Shown: one piece after another, positions 1 to 7,784 of the stretch
Numbering within the stretch: position 1 is the first letter of the stretch
Layout: every line of letters starts with the position of its first letter
Source of the DNA: Anaerolineales bacterium
GTDB taxonomy: Bacteria; Chloroflexota; Anaerolineae; Anaerolineales; E44-bin32
NCBI GenBank assembly: GCA_004376465.1
Contig: SOJU01000281.1
Location: 1 to 47,856, forward strand
Direction of reading: 5' to 3'
Length of the DNA stretch: 47,856 nucleotides
Position numbers and translations under genes: made by a program
Notes under the pieces: model-generated
Seen by the model: only the letters and a program-made list of their open reading frames with translations
Told to the model about the DNA's origin: nothing
The model's database searches: none

Positions 1-10
1 ATTGCGGTGG

Positions 11-52
11 AGCCTAGTTACAAGCCCCGTCGCTTGCGGCGGGGTAGTTGAC
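11..52. mobile_element. Probable terminal hairpin of an IS200/IS605-superfamily element (body lies left of the window)
   Basis: CAAGCCCCGTCGCTTGCGGCGGGGTAGTTGAC: GC hairpin (24-45) followed by AGTTGAC. The reverse complement GTCAACTACCCC...GGGGCTTG resembles the IS605-type end / HEARO-IscB omegaRNA 5' motif (recognised by eye). Confidence 0.55.
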
Positions 53-71
53 TAGAATGATTATTAAATAG

Positions 72-103
72 AAAGAGCCATGGGATGTGACCATGGCTCT
101 TTT
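72..103. terminator. Intrinsic terminator, possibly bidirectional, downstream of the FmdB gene
   Basis: 12-bp inverted repeat AAAGAGCCATGG / CCATGGCTCTTT with a 7-nt loop and A/T tracts on both sides. Confidence 0.75.
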
Positions 104-118
104 GGTTAAGTGGGGCTG

Positions 119-409
119 TCAATCATCGTTTTTGGCGTTTTTCTTCTCACTCTTCTTTTCACTCTTTACGCTTTCTTTAGATTTGGTTTCGGCTTTTGAA
201 TCGTCTTTGCGTGAGGTTTGCCCGGAGGGCGACCGATGATCTGTTGAATAAAAGCCGGATCCTTTAAAAACGATGCCGACCGGCAGGAATACCTTACGAA
301 GTGTGTGTTTCCTGCATTCAGGGCATTTCTTCAGAACCGGATCGTCAAAATGCTGCTGCCGGTCAAACTGAACGCCACAGTTCTCGCATCGATAGGTATA
401 GATAGGCAT
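119..409 (-). CDS. FmdB-family zinc-ribbon protein
   Basis: MPIYTYRCENCG...CPEC...FKGSGFYSTD signature, Lys/Ser-rich tail, purine-rich SD upstream. Confidence 0.9.
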   Translation of the reverse strand: MPIYTYRCENCGVQFDRQQHFDDPVLKKCPECRKHTLRKVFLPVGIVFKGSGFYSTDHRSPSGQTSRKDDSKAETKSKESVKSEKKSEKKNAKNDD

Positions 410-435
410 CGTTCCCTTTCCTTTTATTAACTCGC

Positions 436-464
436 ATTATAGTCCTGCATCCTAGTGCTTTCAA
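436..464 (-). promoter_or_regulatory. Sigma70-type promoter for the FmdB gene
   Basis: Minus strand TTGAAA-N17-TATAAT. Confidence 0.75.
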
Positions 465-538
465 GAGGAGGCAGGTATGAGCTCTATTAATAATCCATTA
501 ACAACAGCACCGCTTGTGCTCGGTAAACAAACGGCAGG

Positions 539-567
539 TTGACGGCGTGTAAAGCGAAGAGTATGAT
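539..567 (+). promoter_or_regulatory. Sigma70-type promoter for rnpB
   Basis: TTGACG-N17-TATGAT about 10 nt before the RNA 5' end. Confidence 0.75.
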
Positions 568-577
568 CAGACTGACA

Positions 578-984
578 GTTGGGTCAACCGGGCAATCGCG
601 GGCGGCTACGCCGCTTGAGGAAAGTCCGCGCTCTAAAGAGCATGGTGCCGGGTAACACCCGGTCGGGGTAACCCGGGGATAGGACCACAGAAAAAGACCG
701 CCTCAGGGCGCAAGCCTTTGTGAGGCAAGGGTGAAAAGGTGGTGTAAGAGACCACCGGCGCCGGCAGCAATGTCGACGGCCAGGTAACCCCCACCAGGAG
801 CAAGGCCAAGCAGAGGCAAAGCCCGCTTATGCGGACGAGGGGCTGCTCGTTCCTCTCGAGCCTCGGGTAGGCTGCTTGAACCCCGCGGTGACGTTGGGTC
901 CAGATGGATGATTGTCCCGATGATGGCCTTCGACGTTTCGTCGAGTCAGGATCGGACAGAACGCGGCTTATAGGTTGAGCCAAT
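578..984 (+). ncRNA. rnpB: RNase P RNA, bacterial type A
   Basis: GAGGAAAGTCCGCGCTC (CR I) and ACAGAACGCGGCTTAT (CR V) with compensatory P4 pairing; P1 GTTGGGTCAACC/GGTTGAGCCAAT; GGTAACCCC...GGAGCAAG core. Confidence 0.97.
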
Positions 985-991
985 CGTCATG

Positions 992-1028
992 AAGTACTTC
1001 TGAAGCGCGCGCTTCAGAAGTACTTTTT
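992..1028 (+). terminator. rnpB terminator
   Basis: Perfect 34-bp palindrome AAGTACTTCTGAAGCGCGCGCTTCAGAAGTACTT running into a T tract. Confidence 0.75.
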
Positions 1029-1189
1029 AATTTTGAAAGTTTGAGCACGGGCCCGGGTCGGGATGTGCCCGCGCTCGGATCGGGTCTCTAAGCTCGCTAG
1101 AGACCCGATCCACCAGCTTGCGTACCGAAAGCCAGCCTTTCGTATAGGCATAGGACAAAAGTACTGACAAAGATCTGGTCCCATTTCGC

Positions 1190-1219
1190 TTGCATCGGAA
1201 GGGGGATTTGTTATATACT
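1190..1219 (+). promoter_or_regulatory. dcw operon promoter
   Basis: TTGCAT-N18-TATACT immediately before the MraZ boxes. Confidence 0.6.
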
Positions 1220-1254
1220 GTGGGCGTTGGTGGGGGAATGTGGGAGAAAGTGGG
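1220..1254 (+). promoter_or_regulatory. MraZ binding repeats
   Basis: GTGGG at 1220, 1230, 1240 and 1250 (exact 10-bp period) upstream of mraZ, matching the known MraZ operator form. Confidence 0.9.
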
Positions 1255-1302
1255 GCGCCGGTGAACGCCGGCGCTTCGATATTAATAGACAGGTTAGAAC
1301 GC

Positions 1303-1740
1303 ATGTTCTTAGGACAATACACTCACAGCATAGATGCTAAGGGCCGATTGATTGTACCGGTTCGCTACCGGGCGGCTCTTGCCTCGGGAGCGTTTGTCAC
1401 GCAAGGTTTCGATCGCAACCTCCTCGTTTATACCATGGAAAGATTCCAAAAGTTAGCAGAAAGTACAACAATCCTGACCACGACAGATCCGGAGGCGCGT
1501 GCGGTACGCAGGGTGATCTTCGGCGGCGCGACGGAAGTCCAACTCGACTCCTCGGGCCGCATTTTGATTCCACCATTCCTGCGGGAGTACGCAAAACTGG
1601 ATGGTGATACGACGATCGTTGGTACGGGTGAATACTTTGAGCTCTGGAATTCAGGTGCGTGGTTAGATGAACTCAACGACGTGATGGATCCAGATATCAA
1701 CGCCCGCCGCTTTACTCAATTTGACCTCTCCGCGGGGTAG
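1303..1740 (+). CDS. mraZ: Division/cell wall cluster transcriptional repressor MraZ
   Basis: MFLGQYTHSIDAKGRL and second DSSGRILIP repeat; start moved to ATG 1303. Confidence 0.97.
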   Translation: MFLGQYTHSIDAKGRLIVPVRYRAALASGAFVTQGFDRNLLVYTMERFQKLAESTTILTTTDPEARAVRRVIFGGATEVQLDSSGRILIPPFLREYAKLDGDTTIVGTGEYFELWNSGAWLDELNDVMDPDINARRFTQFDLSAG

Positions 1741-1743
1741 GCA

Positions 1744-2697
1744 ATGAGCGCGTCCTCAGGCGCAGTTTCTGCCAATGGACACACCCCGGTACTTTACCAG
1801 AATGTGCTCAATGCGCTGAATTTGCACGCAGGCGGGCACTACATAGATGGCACGGTAGGCGCAGGCGGACATGCGGCGGGCATCCTCGAATGCTCTTCCC
1901 CGGATGGCCGACTGCTCGGACTAGACCGTGACCCGAACGCGCTGGAACTTGCGGGGTTCCGCTTGGAGCCTTTTGGTGATCGAGTGAGCTTGCGTCATGC
2001 ATCTTACACAGCAATGCGTGACGAAGCATTTGCGCAGGGGTGGGATAGGGTGGATGCAATCTTGCTCGATCTGGGGCTTTCATCGATGCAGCTTGAGGAC
2101 GCAAAACGTGGTTTCTCGTTCCGCTTCGATGGTCCCCTGGACATGCGCTTCGATCCAGAAGTGGATTTCATGGCGGATGAACTCGTAAACCATATGCCGC
2201 AAAACGAATTGGCAGATGTGATCAAGCGCTATGGAGAGGAGCCTCGTGCCCGGGCCATTGCAGAGGCAATTGTGCAAGCCCGTCCACTGAGAACCACCCT
2301 CGAGTTGGCTGACGTTATCGCCAGCAAAGCCACGGGAAAACGAAAGGGTATCCACCCGGCGACACGCACCTTTCAAGCGCTGCGCATTGCCGTCAATGAT
2401 GAACTCAATGCATTGAAGGCAGGGCTCGAAACAGCAGTAGGGCTGCTTTCTCCGGGAGGGAGGTTGGTCGTGATCTCCTTCCACTCGCTGGAGGATCGCA
2501 TCGTCAAGCGCTTCTTCCGCAGGGAGAGTCAAGACTGTATTTGTCCTCCAGAGCAATTGATTTGTTGCTGTGAACATGCGGCGACTCTACGAATTCTGAC
2601 AAAGAGGCCGATACGGCCGGAAAGCGATGAGATTTCGCTCAACCCTCGAGCTCGAAGTGCTCGTTTGCGGGTCGCGGAGCGTCTGTCAATGGCATGA
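1744..2697 (+). CDS. rsmH: 16S rRNA m4C1402 methyltransferase RsmH
   Basis: HTPVL, DGTVGAGGH, DLGLSSMQL, RGFSF, HPATRTFQALRI, SFHSLEDR, NPRARSARLR. Confidence 0.98.
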   Translation: MSASSGAVSANGHTPVLYQNVLNALNLHAGGHYIDGTVGAGGHAAGILECSSPDGRLLGLDRDPNALELAGFRLEPFGDRVSLRHASYTAMRDEAFAQGWDRVDAILLDLGLSSMQLEDAKRGFSFRFDGPLDMRFDPEVDFMADELVNHMPQNELADVIKRYGEEPRARAIAEAIVQARPLRTTLELADVIASKATGKRKGIHPATRTFQALRIAVNDELNALKAGLETAVGLLSPGGRLVVISFHSLEDRIVKRFFRRESQDCICPPEQLICCCEHAATLRILTKRPIRPESDEISLNPRARSARLRVAERLSMA

Positions 2698-3203
2698 TCC
2701 TTGCAGGTATTGTTTCGAGCAGTGCTGCTGCAGGTGATAACGTGAAAAAACGTCGAAAACAAGCATTCAAACTCACACCCTGGCGGTCCCAACTTCGGAT
2801 CACCAGTCGAACGGTGTTGACCGCCATTGTGCTCTTGATTATCGGGGGTCTCTACCTTGCGGTTAATGCGCGCGTCGCCCGTTCTGGTCGCAGCGTGCTG
2901 ATCATGCAATCAGAGCGAGCCGAATTGCAACGGCAGATCGCCGAGTTGACTGCCACGTTTGCAGAATTGACCACACCGGAGCGCATGCTAGAGCGAGCTC
3001 TCGAGCTGGGGTTCCGCCCGGTAGAACTTGGAGACATCGAATATGTCGTCGTCGCCGGGTATGTTTCGGCAGATCCTTTCATTGCTCCAAAGCCGCCAAA
3101 TTCCATGACAGAACGCGATGGCGGGTTATCGCCCGCATATACAGAAACACTCGGAGATTGGATATCGCGGTTAACGTCACCGGGGAGAGAGGGAAGGCAA
3201 TGA
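2694..3203 (+). CDS. ftsL: FtsL-like bitopic coiled-coil cell division protein (alternative start GTG 2742)
   Basis: Position between rsmH and the PBP; basic N-tail, one TM helix, coiled coil, PERMLERALELGF motif. Confidence 0.7.
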   Translation: MILAGIVSSSAAAGDNVKKRRKQAFKLTPWRSQLRITSRTVLTAIVLLIIGGLYLAVNARVARSGRSVLIMQSERAELQRQIAELTATFAELTTPERMLERALELGFRPVELGDIEYVVVAGYVSADPFIAPKPPNSMTERDGGLSPAYTETLGDWISRLTSPGREGRQ

Positions 3204-5011
3204 TCCCAACCGGTCTTCCCTATCGCAGGGTAAGCGTACTGCTCGTGATCATGGGGCTGAGCGCTTTGGCGATGTTCATCCAGCTCATCAGAGTCCAGTT
3301 TGGACCTTATGCCCCCGTTTTCTCCACATGGATTGAAGCTGCAGAGGACACTGAAGTCGAGATCGAACCGGTACGGGGCTTGATCTACGATCGCGATGGC
3401 GACCTGCTCGCCACGAATGTGCCGATGTACTACTTGGAAGTCGAGGTTTTCCAGCTCACGCAGGCGAGCCGGAAACAGATCGCAGCGGTGCTTGCTCGAA
3501 CCCTGGTGCTCCCTTATGAGGATCTTGCCAACCAGTTGAATACAGATTGGGGTTCTCTCGGTCAATATCGTATTCGCTTGACGCGCGAGGTAGATGGTGG
3601 AGAGCGTTGGCCAATCACGATAGATCAGGTTGCTGCAGATGTATTGAAGAGCTTCCTGCTGGATCCAGAAGCACCAGATCTAAGCGGGTTGAAGCCAGTC
3701 CCTGCACCCAAGCGTGAGTACCCAGCCAGTGCGCTCGCGGGTCATGTCCTTGGGTTCGTAAACCAGGAAGGAAAAGGTTTCTTCGGCATCGAGGGGTTCT
3801 ACGACAATTGGCTGGGAGGCAAGGCGATCACAGTCGAGCGTGGTTATATCCCTCCAGAAGCGCGGATTCAACCGGATACACCGACGGGTGTGAATCTCGT
3901 ATTGACCCTGGACCTCGATATTCAGCAAATGACAGATGACATCCTGGAAAAGGCGATAGAAGATACGGGCTCTGAATCGGGGCAGATCATCGTCATGGAT
4001 CCACGCAATGGTGAGATCCTCGCGATGGCGATCTTGCCCTCACTAGATCCAAATAACTATGAACCGTGGCTCGCAGAGCTGGGTTTGGAAGCTGAGGATT
4101 TGGAGACCGAGGAAGATGAACTCGTCATTAACCCGGCTGTAGGTGGGCAGTTTGAGCCGGGGTCGACATTCAAGATCCTGACAATGGCGGCGGCGATCGA
4201 CGCCGGCGTGATTGAGCCCGAGGATCAATTTATCGATCGAGGCGTAATTGAGGTTGGTGGCGTGAAGATCCGCAACTGGAACGGGGGTGCCTGGGGACCG
4301 CAGACGATGGTGGGTTGTATTCAGCACTCTTTGAATGTTTGTCTCGCCTATGTGGCCTCTGAGAAACTCGGCGCAGGTCCTTTCTATGATTACTTGACGG
4401 CTTTCGGGATGGGGAGAGTTACAGGAATTGATCTCTCCGGCGAGGTCTCTGGGCAGATGCGCACACCGCGCCATCCTGAGTGGACAGAGGCGGATCTTGG
4501 TACGAATTCATTTGGGCAAGGGATTTCTGTGACGCCGGTGCAGTTGATCGCGGCGGTTGGAGCCGTTGCGAATGAGGGTGTCATGGTTCAGCCCCATATT
4601 GTTAGAGCTGTTGTGGGTCCTGAGGGTGCCTATTGGCCGAAACCTACAACGCTTGGCAGGCCGATTTCGGCTGAAAGTGCCAGAACGATAACGGAGATGC
4701 TTGTCCAATCTGTCGAGGGTGAGGCGAGATACGCACACGTGAACGGCTATGAGATTGCGGGGAAGACCGGCACAGCCCAGATCCCCACCGAGAGTGGTTA
4801 TGACGATCGCTGGACTATCGCTTCATTTATTGGTTGGGGTCCGGTATCCGATCCGAGGTTCGTGGTCCTGGTGCGGTTGGATAAGCCGGAATCCTCGCCC
4901 TGGGGTTCTGTCGTCGCCGCCCCTGTTTTTCGTGATGTTGTTGAGCGCCTCGTTGCCATGTTGGAGATCCCGCCCGATAGCGTGCGGGAGCAGATAGCAG
5001 CAGGAGAGTAG
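3200..5011 (+). CDS. ftsI: Class B penicillin-binding protein (FtsI/PBP3-type transpeptidase)
   Basis: RGLIYDRDG, REYP, GFFGIEG, EPGSTFK (SxxK), HSLNV (SxN), KTGTAQ; ATG 3200 overlaps the ftsL stop. Confidence 0.92.
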   Translation: MIPTGLPYRRVSVLLVIMGLSALAMFIQLIRVQFGPYAPVFSTWIEAAEDTEVEIEPVRGLIYDRDGDLLATNVPMYYLEVEVFQLTQASRKQIAAVLARTLVLPYEDLANQLNTDWGSLGQYRIRLTREVDGGERWPITIDQVAADVLKSFLLDPEAPDLSGLKPVPAPKREYPASALAGHVLGFVNQEGKGFFGIEGFYDNWLGGKAITVERGYIPPEARIQPDTPTGVNLVLTLDLDIQQMTDDILEKAIEDTGSESGQIIVMDPRNGEILAMAILPSLDPNNYEPWLAELGLEAEDLETEEDELVINPAVGGQFEPGSTFKILTMAAAIDAGVIEPEDQFIDRGVIEVGGVKIRNWNGGAWGPQTMVGCIQHSLNVCLAYVASEKLGAGPFYDYLTAFGMGRVTGIDLSGEVSGQMRTPRHPEWTEADLGTNSFGQGISVTPVQLIAAVGAVANEGVMVQPHIVRAVVGPEGAYWPKPTTLGRPISAESARTITEMLVQSVEGEARYAHVNGYEIAGKTGTAQIPTESGYDDRWTIASFIGWGPVSDPRFVVLVRLDKPESSPWGSVVAAPVFRDVVERLVAMLEIPPDSVREQIAAGE

Positions 5012-5026
5012 GACGGACGTTTTTAT

Positions 5027-6448
5027 ATGTTGACAATAGGTCATCTCGTTGAAGCGATTACTGAAGAGAAAATCACCGGGTTGGGTGAGGTGATTACCGA
5101 CGCGGTTGTCAATTCGCGCCAGGTGACTTCTGGCGGTCTCTTCGTTGCTATGGAGGGGGAATCGCAAGACGGTCATGATTATGTGGCTGACGCTTTTGAG
5201 CGCGGGGCGGTGGCTGCGCTCGTTGAGCGTGACCTTCCGCTGGAAGCCAGCAGCCTCGACTTACGAAAACCGCTAAAGGCGCAGCTTAAACAGGACTTGG
5301 AACCACCCATCATCCTAAGAGTAGCCAACACACTCGAAGCTTTACAGACGGCTGCGATGGCCTGGCGAGCACAGTCCGAAGTACGAGTGATTGGCATCAC
5401 GGGAAGTGTGGGGAAATCAACGACGAAAGAGCTCGTCGCGGATGTGCTGAGCCGCCGCTATAAAACAGTGCGCAGTCCTGGGAATCTTAATAATGAAATT
5501 GGATTGCCGTTGAGTTTATTGCGCCTTACGGAAGAACATGAACGCGCGGTCTTGGAGATGGGTTTTTACATTACCGGTGAGATCGGACTCCTTTGTGAAA
5601 TCGCCAAACCGCAGATTGGCGTGGTGACCAACATTAGCCACGTGCATCTTGAACGAGCAGGGAGCATGGATGCGATCGTGTGCGGGAAAGGTGAACTGGT
5701 CGAAGCGCTGCCGCCGGCGCCGGAGGGTGTTGCCATCCTGAATTATGACGAACCCCTCGTGCGAGAACTGGCGGAACGCACTCAGGCACGGGTTTTTTAT
5801 TACGGCATCTCCCCCGAGGCTGATCTCTGGGCAAGTGATGTGGAAGGCCTGGGATTAGAAGGATTGCGCTGTGTAATTCACCACGGTGAGGATGTCATTC
5901 ATTGCCGTGTACCGCTGCTCGGGCGCCATTCGGCTCATACCATTCTACGAGCCGCCTCAGTGGGGATTGTCGAAGGATTGAGCTGGGCTGAAATTGTCGG
6001 GGGTTTACAGGCCACACACAGCCAATTGCGCTTAATTGCCGTGCATACTGCCAGCGGAGCACTGCTGCTGGACGACACTTATAACGCCGCTCCAACATCT
6101 GTGATCGCGGGGCTTAATCTACTTGACGATTTAGACGGTCGGAAGATAGCTGTATTGGGCGACATGCTCGAATTGGGTGAATTTGAGGAACGTGGGCACC
6201 GCATGGTTGGAGCTCGTGCAGCCCAAGTTGTGGATTTATTAATCACTGTGGGGGAGCGGGCAAAGTGGATCGCAAAAGAGGCGCGCTCAGCTCAGCTTAG
6301 CGAAAACCAAGTGGTTGTGCTTGGAAATGGCGATGAGGTTATTGAGTATCTGGATGAAAAAGTTGGCGAAGGGGATGTCGTGCTGGTGAAAGGCTCTCGT
6401 GGGATGCGCCTGGATCGAATCGTAACGGCGCTGGAGGAGATCGAATGA
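5027..6448 (+). CDS. murF: UDP-MurNAc-tripeptide--D-Ala-D-Ala ligase
   Basis: GITGSVGKSTTKE, GNLNNEIGLP, DDTYNAAP, LGDMLELG, LVKGSRGM. Confidence 0.97.
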   Translation: MLTIGHLVEAITEEKITGLGEVITDAVVNSRQVTSGGLFVAMEGESQDGHDYVADAFERGAVAALVERDLPLEASSLDLRKPLKAQLKQDLEPPIILRVANTLEALQTAAMAWRAQSEVRVIGITGSVGKSTTKELVADVLSRRYKTVRSPGNLNNEIGLPLSLLRLTEEHERAVLEMGFYITGEIGLLCEIAKPQIGVVTNISHVHLERAGSMDAIVCGKGELVEALPPAPEGVAILNYDEPLVRELAERTQARVFYYGISPEADLWASDVEGLGLEGLRCVIHHGEDVIHCRVPLLGRHSAHTILRAASVGIVEGLSWAEIVGGLQATHSQLRLIAVHTASGALLLDDTYNAAPTSVIAGLNLLDDLDGRKIAVLGDMLELGEFEERGHRMVGARAAQVVDLLITVGERAKWIAKEARSAQLSENQVVVLGNGDEVIEYLDEKVGEGDVVLVKGSRGMRLDRIVTALEEIE

Positions 6449-7440
6449 CAAGTGCAGCCAGCGCTTTGGCATTAGGAGGAATTACGTTCCTGCTGACAGT
6501 GATTTGGGGTGGCCCACTGATTCGCATTATGCGTCGGTTAAAGATTGGAGAGCAGATTTCGATCGAGGGTCCCCAGCGGCACACCATGAAGCTTGGTACC
6601 CCGACTATGGGTGGGTGGTTGTTCATCATTCCGGTGCTCTTGATCACCGGTGTTCTAAACCTGGTGTCCATTGTGAGTGAGCTTAATGTCTTCGGCAACT
6701 CGATACTCTTGCCGATGATAACGCTCCTGCTCTTCGCGTTGGTGGGCGCCTGGGATGATTGGCTTGGGATCAAGAGGCCCCGAGGTGTCGGAGGGATGCG
6801 GGCGCGCTGGAAGTTCTTACTGCAAGGCGTTATCGCACTCGGGGCCTCTTTGATCTTGAAGTATGGGTTGAAACCACCGGAGATGATTCTGCCAAATTAC
6901 CCGGAAGTTATCGAACTTGGGATTTGGTACATACCCATTGCGATGTTCATCATCATAGGCACAAGCAATGCTGTTAATTTAACCGATGGATTAGATGGAT
7001 TAGCGGGATTGATCGCGGCAATGGCATTTGCTGCATATGGCGCGGTCGCGGCACTCCAAGGGCAGATCTTCTTGGTGCGCTTCTGCTTCACAATGGTCGG
7101 CGCCATTTTCGCCTTCCTTTGGTACAACGCCTACCCCGCGGAACTTTTCATGGGTGATACAGGATCGCTGGCCCTGGGTGCCACACTCGCAGTTGTCGCC
7201 CTCATGACGGGTCATTGGGCATTGCTGCCTGTCATTGCCATTATCCCTTTCAGCGTAACCTTGAGCGTGATCATCCAGGTGGTGTATTTCAAGATCACGA
7301 AAGGTCGTCGGTTTTTCAAGATGGCTCCTCTGCACTACCACTTTGAATTGAGTGGCTGGAGCGAAACCCAGATTGTGCAGCGCTTCTGGTTAGTCGCGCT
7401 GCTCGCCGGCATGTTCGGAGTGGCTTTGGCGCTCATCTAA
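6445..7440 (+). CDS. mraY: Phospho-MurNAc-pentapeptide transferase
   Basis: GTPTMGG, NAVNLTDGLDGL, FMGDTGSLALG, MAPLHYHFELSGWSE; multi-TM. Confidence 0.97.
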   Translation: MTSAASALALGGITFLLTVIWGGPLIRIMRRLKIGEQISIEGPQRHTMKLGTPTMGGWLFIIPVLLITGVLNLVSIVSELNVFGNSILLPMITLLLFALVGAWDDWLGIKRPRGVGGMRARWKFLLQGVIALGASLILKYGLKPPEMILPNYPEVIELGIWYIPIAMFIIIGTSNAVNLTDGLDGLAGLIAAMAFAAYGAVAALQGQIFLVRFCFTMVGAIFAFLWYNAYPAELFMGDTGSLALGATLAVVALMTGHWALLPVIAIIPFSVTLSVIIQVVYFKITKGRRFFKMAPLHYHFELSGWSETQIVQRFWLVALLAGMFGVALALI

Positions 7441-7460
7441 CATCCAAGGAGGGTGTTGCT

Positions 7461-7754
7461 ATGGAAATCGGAATGCTGTGGTTCGACGATGGCAAGAGTT
7501 CAATGCAGGAGAAGGTGAGCCAGGCGGTTAACTTCTATCAGGGTAAATTCGGCGAAACTCCTACCCATTGTCTGGTACACCCCTCCACTTTAGATGGAAA
7601 CCAGGAAGGGCTTATCTCCGGTGTAAAGGTCCGGAAGGCTCGCAATGTCATGCCAAATCATTATTGGATTGGCGTAGAAGAGGCTTCCAAGAAATCGCGC
7701 AGGAAGAAAAAGGTGAAGCAGAGCGAACCGCAACTCCAGGAAATTGCTGCCTGA
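7461..7754 (+). CDS. Hypothetical protein inside the dcw operon
   Basis: Strong SD AAGGAGGG; 97 aa with globular-looking N-domain (GMLWFD...HCLVHP...HYWIG) and basic tail; fills the mraY-murD gap. Confidence 0.85.
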   Translation: MEIGMLWFDDGKSSMQEKVSQAVNFYQGKFGETPTHCLVHPSTLDGNQEGLISGVKVRKARNVMPNHYWIGVEEASKKSRRKKKVKQSEPQLQEIAA

Positions 7755-7784
7755 CGTGTCGGAATACATTCCGGGAAGACCGTT

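Noticed and set aside
633-983. 116-aa minus-strand ORF
   Set aside because: Antisense to the RNase P RNA; no protein features
1240-1302. N-terminal extension of MraZ in the ORF track
   Set aside because: The GTG lies inside the MraZ boxes; family N-terminus MFLG starts at 1303
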